From Spirochaetia bacterium (GTDB lineage: Bacteria > Spirochaetota > Spirochaetia > SZUA-6 > Bin103), in NCBI GenBank assembly GCA_965208575.1, contig CBDBOV010000006.1:1-64000 (forward strand): a DNA stretch of 64,000 nt, written 5' to 3'. Shown here piece after piece: positions 1 through 11,900 of this stretch. A program made the position numbers and the translations under genes. The notes under the pieces were generated by a model, which had not been told where the DNA came from, did not search any database, and saw nothing but the letters and a program-made list of their open reading frames with translations. The stretch's first letter is position 1, and the number at the start of each line of letters is the position of its first letter.

Positions 1-75
1 AATCTAACCGAACGGGCTGGACCTTCCGGGTCCGGTTGGAGCCTCTCCGAGGGACGTGAGGAGGTTCCGGAGGAG

Positions 76-1350
76 ATGGGGTTGAAGATGAGTTCAAGGC
101 GAGAGCTCACCGAGCAGCACGCGCAGCGGTATCGTCGGGCGGGCAAGAAGGAGAAGGGGCGCATACTCGACGAGTTCGTCGAGTCGACCGGGTACCAGCG
201 CAAGTACGCGATCCATCTGTTGACCTGGTGGGGACGGACCCGCATGGTGCGAGTCGACGGCACACTGGTGAAGCTGGTGGTCGGGCGTCCGCGGCCTGCC
301 CAGCGCCGCGTGCGACCGCGGCGCTACGACCAGGAGGTGCTGGTCGCTCTGAAGCTGATCTGGTACGTGTTCGACTGCATGTGCGGCAAGCGCCTGGTGG
401 TCGTGCTGCGCACCATGCTGCCGACGCTGGAGTCGTTCGGCGAGATCGAGCTGACCGCAGCGGTGCGCGGCAAGCTGCAGACCATCAGCGCCGCGACCAT
501 CGACCGGCTGCTGCAGCAGGAGCGCGCACGGCTGCGCCTGAAGGGTCGCACGCACACCAAGCCGGGCACCCTCCTGAAGGATCAGATCGCGATCCGAACC
601 TTCGCTGACTGGGACGAGCAGGAGCCGGGCTTCTTCGAGATCGACTTGGTGGGCCATGAAGGCGGCAACGCGTCAGGCGACTTCTGCCACACGCTCACCA
701 TCACCGACGTTGACACCGGCTGGGTCGACCTGTACGGCGTGCAGAACAAGGCGCAGCGCTGGACCCACGAGGCGATCGACGCTGCCCGGCAGAGCCTGCC
801 GATCGTGATGCGGGGGATCGACACCGACAACGGCAGCGAGTTCATCAATCATCATTTGCTGCGCTATTGCGAAGCGCACGGCATCACGTTCACTCGGGGT
901 CGCCCGCATCGCAAGAACGACACCTGCTACGTCGAGCAGAAGAATGGCCACGTGGTGCGACGGGCGGTCGGCCACCTGCGTTACGACACCGACCGGGAAC
1001 TGGCTGCCCTCAACGCGATATACCGCCCGCTGTGCCTGCTGGTGAACTTCTTCTATCCCTCGGTGAAGCTGGTGAAGAAAACCCGCACCGGCAGCAAGGT
1101 GCGCCGCATCTATGACGACCCGCAGACGCCGTATCACCGCATGCTGGCCTCCGAGTCGGTGAGCGAGAAGGTGAAGAACCGCCTCAAGCAGCAGTACGCG
1201 ACGTTGAATCCGGTCGCCCTCAAGCGCGAGCTGACCAGGTTGACCGAGGATCTGCTGCAGCTGAACGTCAGCAAGACCGCCAAGGCCGCACCAAGCACGG
1301 TGCAAACACCGAGCGAGGAGCGTGGTGGCAGCGGTCGCACGGCAAAATGA
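76..1350 (+). CDS. DDE-type integrase/transposase (rve domain, ISNCY-like)
   Basis: 424-aa ORF with FFEIDLVGH, IDTDNGSEF and TRGRPHRKNDTCYVEQKN motifs (D-D-E triad); GGAG RBS upstream. Confidence 0.9.
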   Translation: MGLKMSSRRELTEQHAQRYRRAGKKEKGRILDEFVESTGYQRKYAIHLLTWWGRTRMVRVDGTLVKLVVGRPRPAQRRVRPRRYDQEVLVALKLIWYVFDCMCGKRLVVVLRTMLPTLESFGEIELTAAVRGKLQTISAATIDRLLQQERARLRLKGRTHTKPGTLLKDQIAIRTFADWDEQEPGFFEIDLVGHEGGNASGDFCHTLTITDVDTGWVDLYGVQNKAQRWTHEAIDAARQSLPIVMRGIDTDNGSEFINHHLLRYCEAHGITFTRGRPHRKNDTCYVEQKNGHVVRRAVGHLRYDTDRELAALNAIYRPLCLLVNFFYPSVKLVKKTRTGSKVRRIYDDPQTPYHRMLASESVSEKVKNRLKQQYATLNPVALKRELTRLTEDLLQLNVSKTAKAAPSTVQTPSEERGGSGRTAK

Positions 1351-1410
1351 CCCTCTCAGGCGGGTCTGACGGTCGATAATCGGAGAATGGGCGGTCAGCG
1401 ATGAGAAAAC

Positions 1411-1474
1411 GTCGCCTCAGCCGCGCTGTAAGGCCCCTCCACGACACGAGGTGGTGTCTGGATACCCCCGTGTC
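1411..1474. repeat. 64-bp direct repeat copy 1 (contains hairpin)
   Basis: Matches 3383-3446 at 60/64 positions. Confidence 0.9.
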
Positions 1475-1492
1475 TATGCATAACCATGCAAT

Positions 1493-3207
1493 TCAGTGCA
1501 ACTTTATCCGCGACCGTAAGCCGGGTGGCGGAGTCCCGGTGCCGTCCCTGCAGTGCCTCGGCGAGGCGATTGCGGACCGCTGCCAGCCGGCTGCGTACCC
1601 GCCTGATGCTCTTTTCCAGGGCCCGGCGCACCGGTTCACGACCCGTGCGTCGGGCTCCGGCGGCGCAAGGTCATGGCTCGGCAGCGCGTCAAGGTTGAAC
1701 TGCTCGCGCAGGTACTTGAAGAAGTTCTCCTGCGACCAGCGCGAGAACATGGCGCCGGCGACCTGCGCCAACGGCATCTGCGGGTGCGTGGTGATCACCG
1801 CCACCTGACGACCGTTGGCCAGACGCCGCCGGATCTGGCGCACCACCAGCCCGTTGCGCAGCATGATCGGCTGCTCGGCCAGATCAACCGCAGTCGTGCT
1901 GGTGCCGGCGGGACCATGGATCGGTACCTCGAAGGTGTGGAAGTCTTCCGGCAGCCAGTCCGCGCCGTTGAAGTTCTTGTGCCAGGTGATGCAGGCGATG
2001 CCACGCCGGGCCAGGCGCTTGAACAGGTCCGGGCTCCAGCCCTCGCGGTCGAACACCAGGGTCAGCTGCGGGGTACCGGCCGGTGCTCCGGTCAGGTCGG
2101 GGGCCGCTTCGGTCACCACCCCCAGGTGCTGCAACTGCGGCACCACGTCGTGCTTGATCGCATTCACCGGCTTCGGGTCCAGCGCCTTGTGCAGGCACAG
2201 CAGCGGTGCGCCGCCGAGGGCGTTGATCCAGTAGCTCACCGACGCCGGCAGACACAGCTTCTGGCGTGCGACGAAGTGTTTCGGCAACCGCCCGTTGCGC
2301 CCGGTGTACACCTTCACGTGGCCATCCACGGCCAGCGTCGTCCAGTCGTCGTCGTGCTCGCTGGCCCAGGTACGCGCCAGTACCGATTGCCAATCGCGCA
2401 CGGTGTGCTCGGCGCTGGCCAGCAGCCTGATCTTGCGGCGCAGCGTCTTGGTCTCCGGACAGCGGTCGAGGCCGAGGATGGCGCCCCACTCGCCGGGTGC
2501 CTGGTAGCGCAGGCTCTCGGGGTTGCGCACCCGGGCCAGGGTCATGCAGGCGACGAACAGGAGGATGGTGGTCAGGCCGTAGAATCCGGCCGGCAGGCGG
2601 AACAGGCGGTTGGCGGCGGTGAGCAGGCCCTCGCGCAGCAGCATCGCCAGTGCGGCCAGCACGCCGCCGCCAGCGACCGCGTGGGCGGGCTCGACGAACG
2701 CTGGTGTGGCCTCGGTCAGCAGGCCGGCTCTGGCGAGCGTGCGGCGTTCCACGTCGCGCGCCGCGCGGCCCATGGGCGCGTGCTTGTCGCGGGCGTCGCG
2801 GCTGGCGCGCTCAGTGGCGACCGCCGGGTCGCTGACCGCGGCGGCGGTGCTGACCGGGTGATCAGTGGTGGTGGCCGCCGGCGCAACCTCGGCGCTGGCG
2901 GCGGGCTCCCGGGTGGGATCTGTGATGACGCCGGCGCGGCGGTTCTCGTTGAAGGTGCTCACCGGGATGCCGAGTTCGCGAGCGCAGGCTGAGCCGCTCA
3001 TCCCGGAAGCGAGCAGCTTGGCTGCCTGGTCCGCCATCTCGGCGTCGTCCACGGTGGCCTCCACGGCACCGCGCCGGCTGACTCCGGTCGGGCTACGCCC
3101 TCCGTCCGTCAGCGGGGTACAGCATCTCCTCCGCCCCGTTCGATCCCGACGGCTCCGGTGTCGCAACCTCGTCGCCTACCCCGTCCCGGCGGTGGGGAAT
3201 TGTCATG
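1493..3207 (-). pseudogene. Degenerate putative transposase (frameshifted, 3'-truncated)
   Basis: Motifs GLDRCPETKTLRRK, LAVDGHVKVY, LVFDREGWS and RWSQENFFKY. The frame shifts near 1640 (continuation RRALEKSIRRVRSRL is in another frame) and there is a probable 5' frameshift near 3100. Confidence 0.75.
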
Positions 3208-3382
3208 ACCCTGCCCCGGGCAACGCACCTCGGTGCAGTTGTCCGGGGCGCCTCGCTCCGTGCGCTCCGCAGCAACCTGCGCGCCGCTCGCGGCGTGGGC
3301 GGCATCACCCGGCTCGGCAAATGACTTCTGAGCGTCTCTGACGCCCGTATATCCGTGAGCCAGACGGTCGGCGTCAAGAAAT

Positions 3383-3446
3383 GTCGCCTCAGCCGCGCTG
3401 TAAGGCCTCTCCGCGACACGAGGTGGTGTCTGGACATCCCCGTGTC
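3383..3446. repeat. 64-bp direct repeat copy 2
   Basis: Matches 1411-1474 at 60/64 positions. Confidence 0.9.
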
Positions 3447-3683
3447 ACCAGCACCGAAGTCGCCTCCAGACCCGTCCGCCCCCTCTTCGGTCAGCGACAC
3501 GACACGGCACCGACCACCTCCCTGCCGTTGACGCCTCCTCATCCGCGCCGACCAACCAGATACGCCCCCGGTCGCGTTGGTGTGCTTGAATCAACCCGGC
3601 CGGTCGCCCAGCAGCCTATCCACTTATCCACAATTTATGAGTCTCCCCCCTCGCGCTCCCCCCTCGTTCTCCGCCTCCCTTTC

Positions 3684-3739
3684 GGTTAGATTCTTACGTG
3701 AGGCACGCTCACCGTAAGGTTAGATTTTTACGTGAGGCA
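3684..3739. repeat. Tandem 22-bp subterminal repeats (probable transposase-binding sites)
   Basis: GGTTAGATTCTTACGTGAGGCA and GGTTAGATTTTTACGTGAGGCA. Confidence 0.85.
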
Positions 3740-3756
3740 ATAGGGTCATCACCGCT

Positions 3757-3782
3757 AGCACGAACGTACGGACGAACTTCAT
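3757..3782 (-). pseudogene. 5' stub (MKFVRTFVL) of a third autotransporter-like paralogue, interrupted by the IS
   Basis: Nearly identical to the start codons and upstream leader of the 12884 gene; identity stops abruptly at 3756. Confidence 0.85.
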
Positions 3783-5948
3783 GGCGCTCTCCCTTGCAGG
3801 CCGGGCTTCCGTCGCGTCATCGCGGCCTGCAGTGCGCGACGCCGCGCATCAGTACCGGGCGTCCAGGCTCAGCCGGATGCCGTGCTGCGGCCCGGAGTCG
3901 TTGACCGGCTCGGTCCGGATCGCCTCGACGCCGAGGTCGAACGACGACGTCCCGCTCCGGGCGAGCCCGATCTTCCAGCCGAGGCGGAACTCGCGCGCGG
4001 TGTCGGACAGCGCGACGCCCAACTCCGGCGTTGCGGTGAGGCGCTCGCCGAAGGCAGGGAAGCCGTAGCCGAACTTCAGTTCCAGCCGACGGCGGTCCAG
4101 GCCGTCGCCGGTAGCCGCCAGGCCGGCCAGGGTCGGCCGCCCGAGCAGCGCCCGGCTGCCGCCGGTGGCCGCGGCGCCCACGGTCTGGGTGACGGTCAGC
4201 GACGCTCCCCGGTCGGACGCCGGGTCCGAGTCCCAGGCGAGCGACCCGGACAGGCCGAGGTCGCGGAAGCCGTCGAACTCGGCGGTCAGCAACCCGCGCG
4301 CCGCCACCTGCGCCGCCAGCCCGAGCGCCGGGGCCGACCAGGCCAGCCCGCCGCCCACGTCCATCCCGTAGCCGGTCTCCGCGTCACCGCCGTCGTGGCG
4401 CACCCCGACCGCGACCGTGGGCTCCAGCGCGCCGCCGCGCCCGAGCCCGATCCGGTAGCCGCCGTCGAGCCCCAGCCTGATCCGCGTGGCGTCCGCCTGC
4501 GCTTCCGCCAGCCCGGTTGCCGCCGCGGAACCGGTGCGCACCCAGTAGGCGTCGGTCTCGATGGCCAGCGAGAAGCCGCTCCCGGCGGTCGGCTCCACCA
4601 GCCGCCCGCGCGCGCCGAGCGCGGCCAGCACCAGCGACAGGTCGGTCTCCAGCGCGGCCGACCCCTCGGGCGTGAGCGTGAGCCCGCCCAGCCCCAGGCC
4701 GCCGGCCGCCCACGCGGTCAGCCGCTCGCTCAGGTCCACCCCCACGTAGGGGTGCACCGCGGTCAGCGTGCTCGCCACCGTCCCGGCGCCGGCGTCGGCC
4801 CGGTAGCTGCCGTCCCCGCGTGCGTGCGACAGCATCACCCCGCCGAGCCACGCCCCGGAGTCCACCTCCGCGCCCAGCAGTGCCGTGGTCACCTCGCCCT
4901 CGACGCTCAGGCTCCCCTCGCGCCCCTCGAACCGCGACCACCCGCCGCGGCCCCACAGCGCCGCCGCCGGCCGATCCTCCGCCGCCGCGGAGGTCACCGC
5001 GAACGCGCTGCCGGCCAGCAGCTCGCCGCCGCTCATCGTGCGCGGCTGCTCCGGCCTGCCTGCCAGCCAGCGCGCCAGCTCCTGGTCGGCAAGCCGCGCC
5101 GATTCGTCCGCGTCGAGGCCGCCCGCGGCGGAAAGCTCCTGCCCGGCGATCCGCGCCTGTGCACCGCCGCCGCCCCGCGCCGCCAGCCGCGCCCCGACCG
5201 CATCCACCACCTGTTCGGCCAGCGTGCGTCCGAACCGCGCCAGCCACGCCCGCGGCATCGGGTCCGTGTTCTCGATCGTGCCGGTCGCCTCCAGGTCGCC
5301 CGCGCGCGCGCCCACGAGGTTCGACAGCCGCAAGCTGAACGTCTCGTGCCCCTCGTCGTGGCTGTCGTCGAGCACGGGCACGCTCACCGTCTTCGTCGTC
5401 TCGCCCGCGGCGAAGGTCAGCGTGCCGCTCGCCGCCGTGTAGTCCTCGCCCGCCGTCGCCGTGCCGTCGGATGTGGCGTAGTCCACCGTCACGGAGTGCC
5501 CCGCGCCCGTGAAGGCGCGGCTCAGCGACACCTCGAACTCCACCGCCTCGTCCACACCCTCGCGCGCCCGTGCGTCCGCCACCGAGAGCGCCGGGCGCCA
5601 GTCCACCTTGTGGCCGGAAGCATGGCCCAGGCCGGTGTGGCCGAGCGCCGCGTCCGTCCCGCCCGCCGTGCGGATCGTCCCGCCGCTCAGGGTCAGCGTG
5701 TCCGCGAGCACCGCGATCCCCTGCCTCGACAGGTTCGGCTCCACCACCGTGTGCGCGAAAATGAGGCTGCTCGTGCCGCTGCCGCTCGCGTAGGCCGCCT
5801 GCTTCTCGCCCCACTCCGCCGGGTCCATGTCGATGGACAGCGTCGGCGTGCCGGTCACTGTCACCGCCTCGCTGAACGTCGCCCGGATCCGGATCGTCTC
5901 GCCCAGCAGATAGGTGTCGCCCGAGGCCGGGCTCGACACCACCGACAC
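3757..5948. repeat. ~2.2-kb near-identical direct repeat (leader + barrel + Calx-beta + last Ig module), copy 1
   Basis: Aligns with 12858-15048 with only scattered substitutions and one codon indel. Confidence 0.95.
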
Positions 5949-8900
5949 CCCGGTCACCGCGGGCGGCCCCGACGAAGAAGCCGGCGGCGACATCCGCCAG
6001 TCCACCTTGTGTGCCGGATCGTGGGCGAGCCCCACATGCCCGAGCAGCGCGTCCGCGCCCGTCGGCGTCGAGACGATCGCGCCGCCGTTCGCGTCCAGCG
6101 TGTCCGCCAGCACCGCGATCCCCTGCGTCGAGATGTTCGGCTCCACCACCTCGTGCACGAAAATGAGCGTCGGCGAGCCCGAGCCGCGCTCGTAGACCGC
6201 GCGCTTGGTGCCCCACTTCGCCGGGTCCATGTCGATCGCGATCTCCGGCGCGCCCGTCACCGTCACCGCCCCGGTGAAGCTCACCCGCACCCGGATCCGC
6301 TCGCCGAGCCCGTAGGTCGCGTCGCTCCCTGCGTCCGACATCACCGCCACCGCGGCCACCGAGGGCGGCGGGGCCGCCGCCGCGCCTTCGACCTCCGGAT
6401 GCGCGAGCGCCGCGGCGAGACCGCCGCCCGCGCTTGAGACAGACCCGCCGTCGAGCCGCAGGCTGTCCCCGGCCAGCCCGACCGTGCCCTGCCAGACCTC
6501 GCCCTCGGCCAGCGTGTAGGCGAAGGTCAGCCGATCACCGCCCGAGCCCCGCACATAGGCCGCGCGCCGCTCGACCTCCCCGAACGTCACCGCAACCGTC
6601 GGCGCGCCCTCGACCGCGACCGGCTCGGCGAAGGTGAGCGTCACCTCCACCGTCTCGCCCGCCTCGAAGCGCCCGTCGGCTTGAGCGGCGACCGACACTT
6701 CCGTCACCCCCGGCGCCTCGCCGAAGCCGAGCGACGCCGGCGCGCCGCCCGCCGCCGCCACAATGGCCCCGCCGTTGGATTTGAGCCCCGACGCCGCCAC
6801 CCGCACCGGCGCGCGCACGCTCCCGTCCGCCTCGACCACGCGGTACGCAAACACGAGCCGCGCCGTACCCGTGCCCGAGACGTACGCCGCCCGCCGGATC
6901 CCGCCGTTCGCGGCACGAGTGTCCGCGATCAGCGCGAGCGTCGGCGCGCCGCCCTCGGTGTCGACCCGCACCGGCGCGTCGAACGTCACCGCCGCCTCGA
7001 CCGTCTCGCCCTCGGCCCAGGCGCCGTCGCTTCCCGCGTCCGAGACCACCTCGACCCCGGTCACCGCGACCGGGACCGGCGCGAGCCGCCAGTCCACCTT
7101 GTGCGACGGATCGTGGTCGATTCCCGGGTGCCCGAGCGCCGCGTCCGCCTGCGTCGCCGCCGCCCTGATGGTCCCGCCATCGAGCGCCAGCGTGTCGGCG
7201 AGCACCGCGATCCCTTGCGTCGAGAGGTTGGGCTCCACCACCTCGTGGACGAAGACGAGCGTGTCGGTGCCCGAGCCGCCCGCATACACCGCCCGCTTCT
7301 CGCCCCACTCGGCCGGGTCCATGTCGACGGTCAGCGCCGGCGTCCCGCCGGCGGTATCGACCTCCACCGCCGCGCTGAACGTCACCGCCACCCGGACCCG
7401 CTCGCCGAGCGCGTAGGTGGCGTCGTCGCCTGCGTCCGAGACCACCGCCACGCCCGTCACCGCGGGCGCACCTCCGGTGACGTTCTCGAGGCCGATGCGC
7501 ACGTAGCGCCACTCGCTGCCGTCGCCGCGAAACATCGGACCCGGCGCCAGCACCGGGTTGCCGGCGAGGTCGCGCAGCGCCCCGCCGCCGCCGTCGACGG
7601 GCCGGGCGTAGAGCACGCTGTTGTCCTCCAGGCCCGGCTCGGCCCGCGGGTAGCGCTCGCCCATGCCGACCGTCACCGTCGCGCCCTCGACCGCCACCTC
7701 GCCCGCGGCAACGAAGCCCACCACGCCGAGCTCCGGGTCCTCCAGTTCCATGCGGAACTCGCCCCCCGTCGCCTCCGGGTCCAGCGCCTCGCTGAAGGTG
7801 AGCGTCATCGTCGCGCCGTCAATCTCGCCCCGCACCAGCTCGGGCGGCGCCGCGTCCACCCGGTGCGCCGGGTCGTGGGCGACTCCCGAGTGCCCGAGCG
7901 CCGCGTCCTCTTGCGTCGCCGCCGAGCGGATCGTCCCGCCATTCAGCTCCAGCGTGTCCGCGAGCACCGCGATGCCCGTGGGCGCCTCGTCCGGCGCCGC
8001 CGCGGTCCAGGCGAAGGTCAGCGTCTCCGTCCCCGAGCCGCCCTCGTACGCCGCCCACCGCTCGCCCGCACCCCCCTCGCCGCCGAGGTCGAGCTTGAGC
8101 CGCGGCGTCCCGTTGGTGGTGTCCACCTCCACCGCCTCGCCGAAGGTCAGCGCCACCCGCACCGCCTCGCCCGCCGCGTAGGTGGCGTCGCTTCCCGCCT
8201 CCGAGACCACCGCCACCCCAATCACCGCCGGCCCCCCGCCCGCCACCGCCTGCCCGGTGAACGGCGCCACCTGGTGGCCCTCCACGTCCCACAGCCCTGT
8301 GCCGCCCGAGTGCGGCGGGACGTAGCGCACCGTCAGCCGCTCACCCTCGGCCGGCGCCCGGCTCAAGCTCAGCACTACCTCCCGCCCGTCGGCCGAGAGC
8401 GCCGCGTCCTCCACCGCAAGCGCGGGCGCGCCCCCCGGCGTGCGCACCGACCGGGCGCTCGCACCGCCGCCCCCGTCCCCGGCGCCGCTCGCCCGGAAGT
8501 CCTCCGCGCGCGGCGGCGCCTCCCGGGTCAGCGCCCCCTCGAAGCGAAGCCGCATCTGCGACCGGCTCACCGACACCCCCGAGAACCGGTCCACGCACCA
8601 CTGCGCGTGCGCGTTCCTCACCGCCTGCTCGCTGAACCCGTCCGCCTGCACACCCCACACGTTGCGCAAGGCGTTCGTCGTCGGCTTCGCGTAGCTCACC
8701 GTGCCGGTTCTGTTGCACGGAAAGACCGGCCACTTCAGGCCCAGCTCCACCTCGTTGCCGCGCACCGCCACGGACTCCACCGGGAGGTACCCCCAGCTCA
8801 TGGAGAACGCCGAGCGGTCCGGCACGTGCGCCGGGTCGAGCGGCTGCGTCCAGGCGAGCGTCAGCGTCCGGTGCGCCACCGACGCCGGGTCCGCCGCCGC

Positions 8901-11900
8901 AAGCCCCGGCTTGCCCGGGCTCGTCGGCCCCAGGTTGGTCACCGACTCGCCCGACAGGTTCGCCGCGTCGTTGCCCGCCGTGTCCTGGACCGGGTTCGTC
9001 CCCGCCGTGTAGTCCACCGTCACCGCCGCCGAGGCCGCGACCGACGCGGACAGCGTGAGCGTGACCGCGCTCGCGCTCACCGCAACGCCGCTCACCGTCT
9101 GCGCGGCAGTCCCCGCTCTCACCGTGTAGGCGCCCGCCGCCGGCACCGAGCCGGTGTCCAGCGTCTCGTCGTAGTACAGCGTGAGCTTCGTCCCGCTCGC
9201 CACCGCCCGGGTCAGCGTCGGCCGCACCGCCCGCTCCCCGGCCGAGCGCGTCACCGTGCGCTGGAACGCCGCGACCTCGTTGCCGTGGGTATCCTCGAGC
9301 GCGGCGCCCAGGCTGGGCGAGGGGCGGTAGCTCACCATGGCCTGGTGCCCCGCAAGCACCCCCGTGCCGAGCGTGAGCGTCACCGTCGCCCCGTTCACCG
9401 CGACCGTGTTGGGGGACTGGTCGGTGACCGGCGCCCCCTGGAAGCGGGCGCCCTGGATGAGGAACGTTTCGCGCAGACTCAGGAGCTGCCGCGCCGAGGG
9501 CGTCGCCAGGGGCTCGTCGAAGGTCAGCGTCACGATCGTCCCCGTCGCGTCGTCCACCGCCGCGCTCGGGTGCTGCGCCGGGTCGGTGTTGTTGGTCACC
9601 GTCTGAGCGGGAAAGCTCGCCACCTCGTTGCCGGCCTCGTCCCTCAGCCGGTTGCCGGTGCCCATGGTCGGCTTGGTGTAGCTCACCTTCACGTCCGTGT
9701 CGGTGTCCAGCACCGCGTTCGCCAGGGTCAGGGTCACCACCGCCCCGCTGATGGTGGGCGACCCGCTCAGGCTCACGGTCTGCTCGCCGCTCCCCGACGG
9801 CGTCTTCTTCACCGCGAACGCACCGTTCGCCAGCGACGCGGCCGTGCCGAGGGTCTCGTTGAAGGTGAGCGTCAGCGTCGCCCCGTCCACCGCCGCCGCG
9901 GACAGGGTTGGCGGGGAGCCGTCCACCTTGTGGTTCGCATCGTGGGCGAGGCCCGCATGGGCGAGCGTCGCGTTCTCCCCGGCGGTGGACACGGACACGA
10001 TCGTGCCGCTGTTCAGCGCCAGCGAGTTCGCGAGCACCGCCACGCCCGCGCTCGAGGCGTCGCCCGCAGCCACCGTGTAGGCGAACACCAGCTTCGTCGT
10101 GCCACTGCCGCCCGTGTACGCCGCCCACTTCTCGTCCCCGGCCTCGGTGCTGAGGTCGATCTTCACCCGCGGCACGCCGGTCACCGTCACCGCCTCGCTG
10201 AAGGTCAGCCGCACCCCGATGGTCGCACCCCGTGCGTAGGTATCGTCGTCAACCGGCTGCGACGACACCGCGACCGCCGTCACCGTCGGCGGCCGCGACT
10301 GCCGCCCGTCCACCTTGTGGCTCGCGTCGTGGGCGAGGCCCGCATGCGTGAGGCTCGCGTCCTGGGTACTTGCCACACCGCGTATCGTGCCGCCGTTCAG
10401 CGCCAGCGTGTTCGCGAGCACCGCGATGCCGCCGGTGGAGCGGTCCGCCTGCGCCACCGTGTAGGCGAACTCCAGCGTCGTCGTGCCGCTGCCGCTCGCG
10501 TAGTCCGCCCACTTCTCGTCCCCGGCTCCGGAGCTGAAGTCGATCTTCACCCGCGGCGTTCCGGTGACCGTCACCGCCTTGCTGAAGGTCAGCCGCACCC
10601 CGATGGTCTCGCCCCGCCCGTAGGTGTCGTCGGCGACCGGCTCCGACGACACCTCGACCCCCGTCACCGTCGGCACCCCGGTGACGTTTTTCAGTGCAAT
10701 CAGTCGTGTCCGCTGAACCGCGTTGCCCGCGAGGTCCTGGAGCCCCGCGGTGCGGTCTGTGGGCGGTCTGTAGAAAACGTAGTTTCCCGACAGTCTCAGT
10801 TTCACCTGTTCATCGCCTCCGCCCAATCCGACCGTCACCACGTTGCCGCTGATCGCCACCTCACCAAAGGCGGAATAAGTGACGGTCGTCTTGTACGACC
10901 TCACGGTCACCCGGAATGTGCCCCCCATCGAGTTCGGGTCCAGCGCCTCGCTGAAGAAGAGGGCCACCGTTCCGCTGTCGATCTCGCCCCGTACCAGCGT
11001 CGGCGGCGTGGTGTCCCCGGTAATGTTCGTCACCGACTCGCCGGGAAAGCTCGCCACCTCGTTGCCGGCTTCGTCTCTCAGCCGGTTGCCGGTGCCCCCG
11101 GTGGGCCGGGTGTAGCTCACCTTCACGTCCGTGTCGGTCTTCAGCACCGCGGTTGCCAGCGTCAGCGTCACCGTGGCGCCGTCGATGACGGGCGACCCGC
11201 TCAGGCTCACGGTCTGCTCGCTGCTCCCCGACGGCGTCTTCGTCACCGTGAAGGCGCCGTTCGCCAGCGACGCGGCCACGCCGAGGGTCTCGTCGAAGGT
11301 GATGGTCAGCACCGTACCGTCCACCTGCGCGCGCTCCACGCGCGGCGACCTGCTCCCGTTCGTCGCTGTCTGAGCGGGGAAGCTCGCCACCTCGTTGCCG
11401 GCTCGGTCCCTCAGCCGATTGCCGGTACCCGTAGTCGGCTTGGTGTAGCTCACCTTCACGTCCGTGTCGGTGCTCAGCACCGCGTTCGTCAGGGTCAGGG
11501 TCACCGTGGCCCCGCTGATGGCGGGCGACCCGCTCAGGCTCACGGTCTGCTCGCCGCTCCCCGACGGGGTCTTCTTCACCGTGAAGGCGCCGTTCGCCAG
11601 CGATGCGGCCGTGCCGAGGAGTTCGTTGAAGCTGAGCGCGAGCGTCGCCCCGTCCACCCTCGCCGCGGACAGTGTCGGCGGCGTGAGCTCCACCCTGTGG
11701 CTCGGGTCGTGGGCCAGCCCCGCATGCGCGAGATTCGCGTTCTCCCCGGCGGTCGACACGGACACGATGGTGCCGCCGTTCAGCTCCAGCGTGTTCGCGA
11801 GCACCGCCACGCCCGCGCTCATGGCGTCGCCCGCAGCCACCGTGTAGGCGAACTCCAGCGTCTTCGTGCCGCTGCCGCCCGTGTACGTCGCCCACTTCTC

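Larger units (their letters stand above)
1..3756 (+). mobile_element. ISNCY-like (rve/DDE) insertion element, left end cut by window edge, carrying nested cargo
   Basis: Bases 1-12 AATCTAACCGAA are the reverse complement of 3681-3692 TTCGGTTAGATT. The right end has two tandem GGTTAGATT(C/T)TTACGTGAGGCA copies (3684-3705, 3718-3739). The junction with the interrupted gene is at 3756/3757. Confidence 0.75.

Noticed and set aside
1475-1520. AT-rich patch as the end of yet another IS truncating the nested transposase
   Set aside because: Plausible, but no partner end was found in the window, so it cannot be supported.
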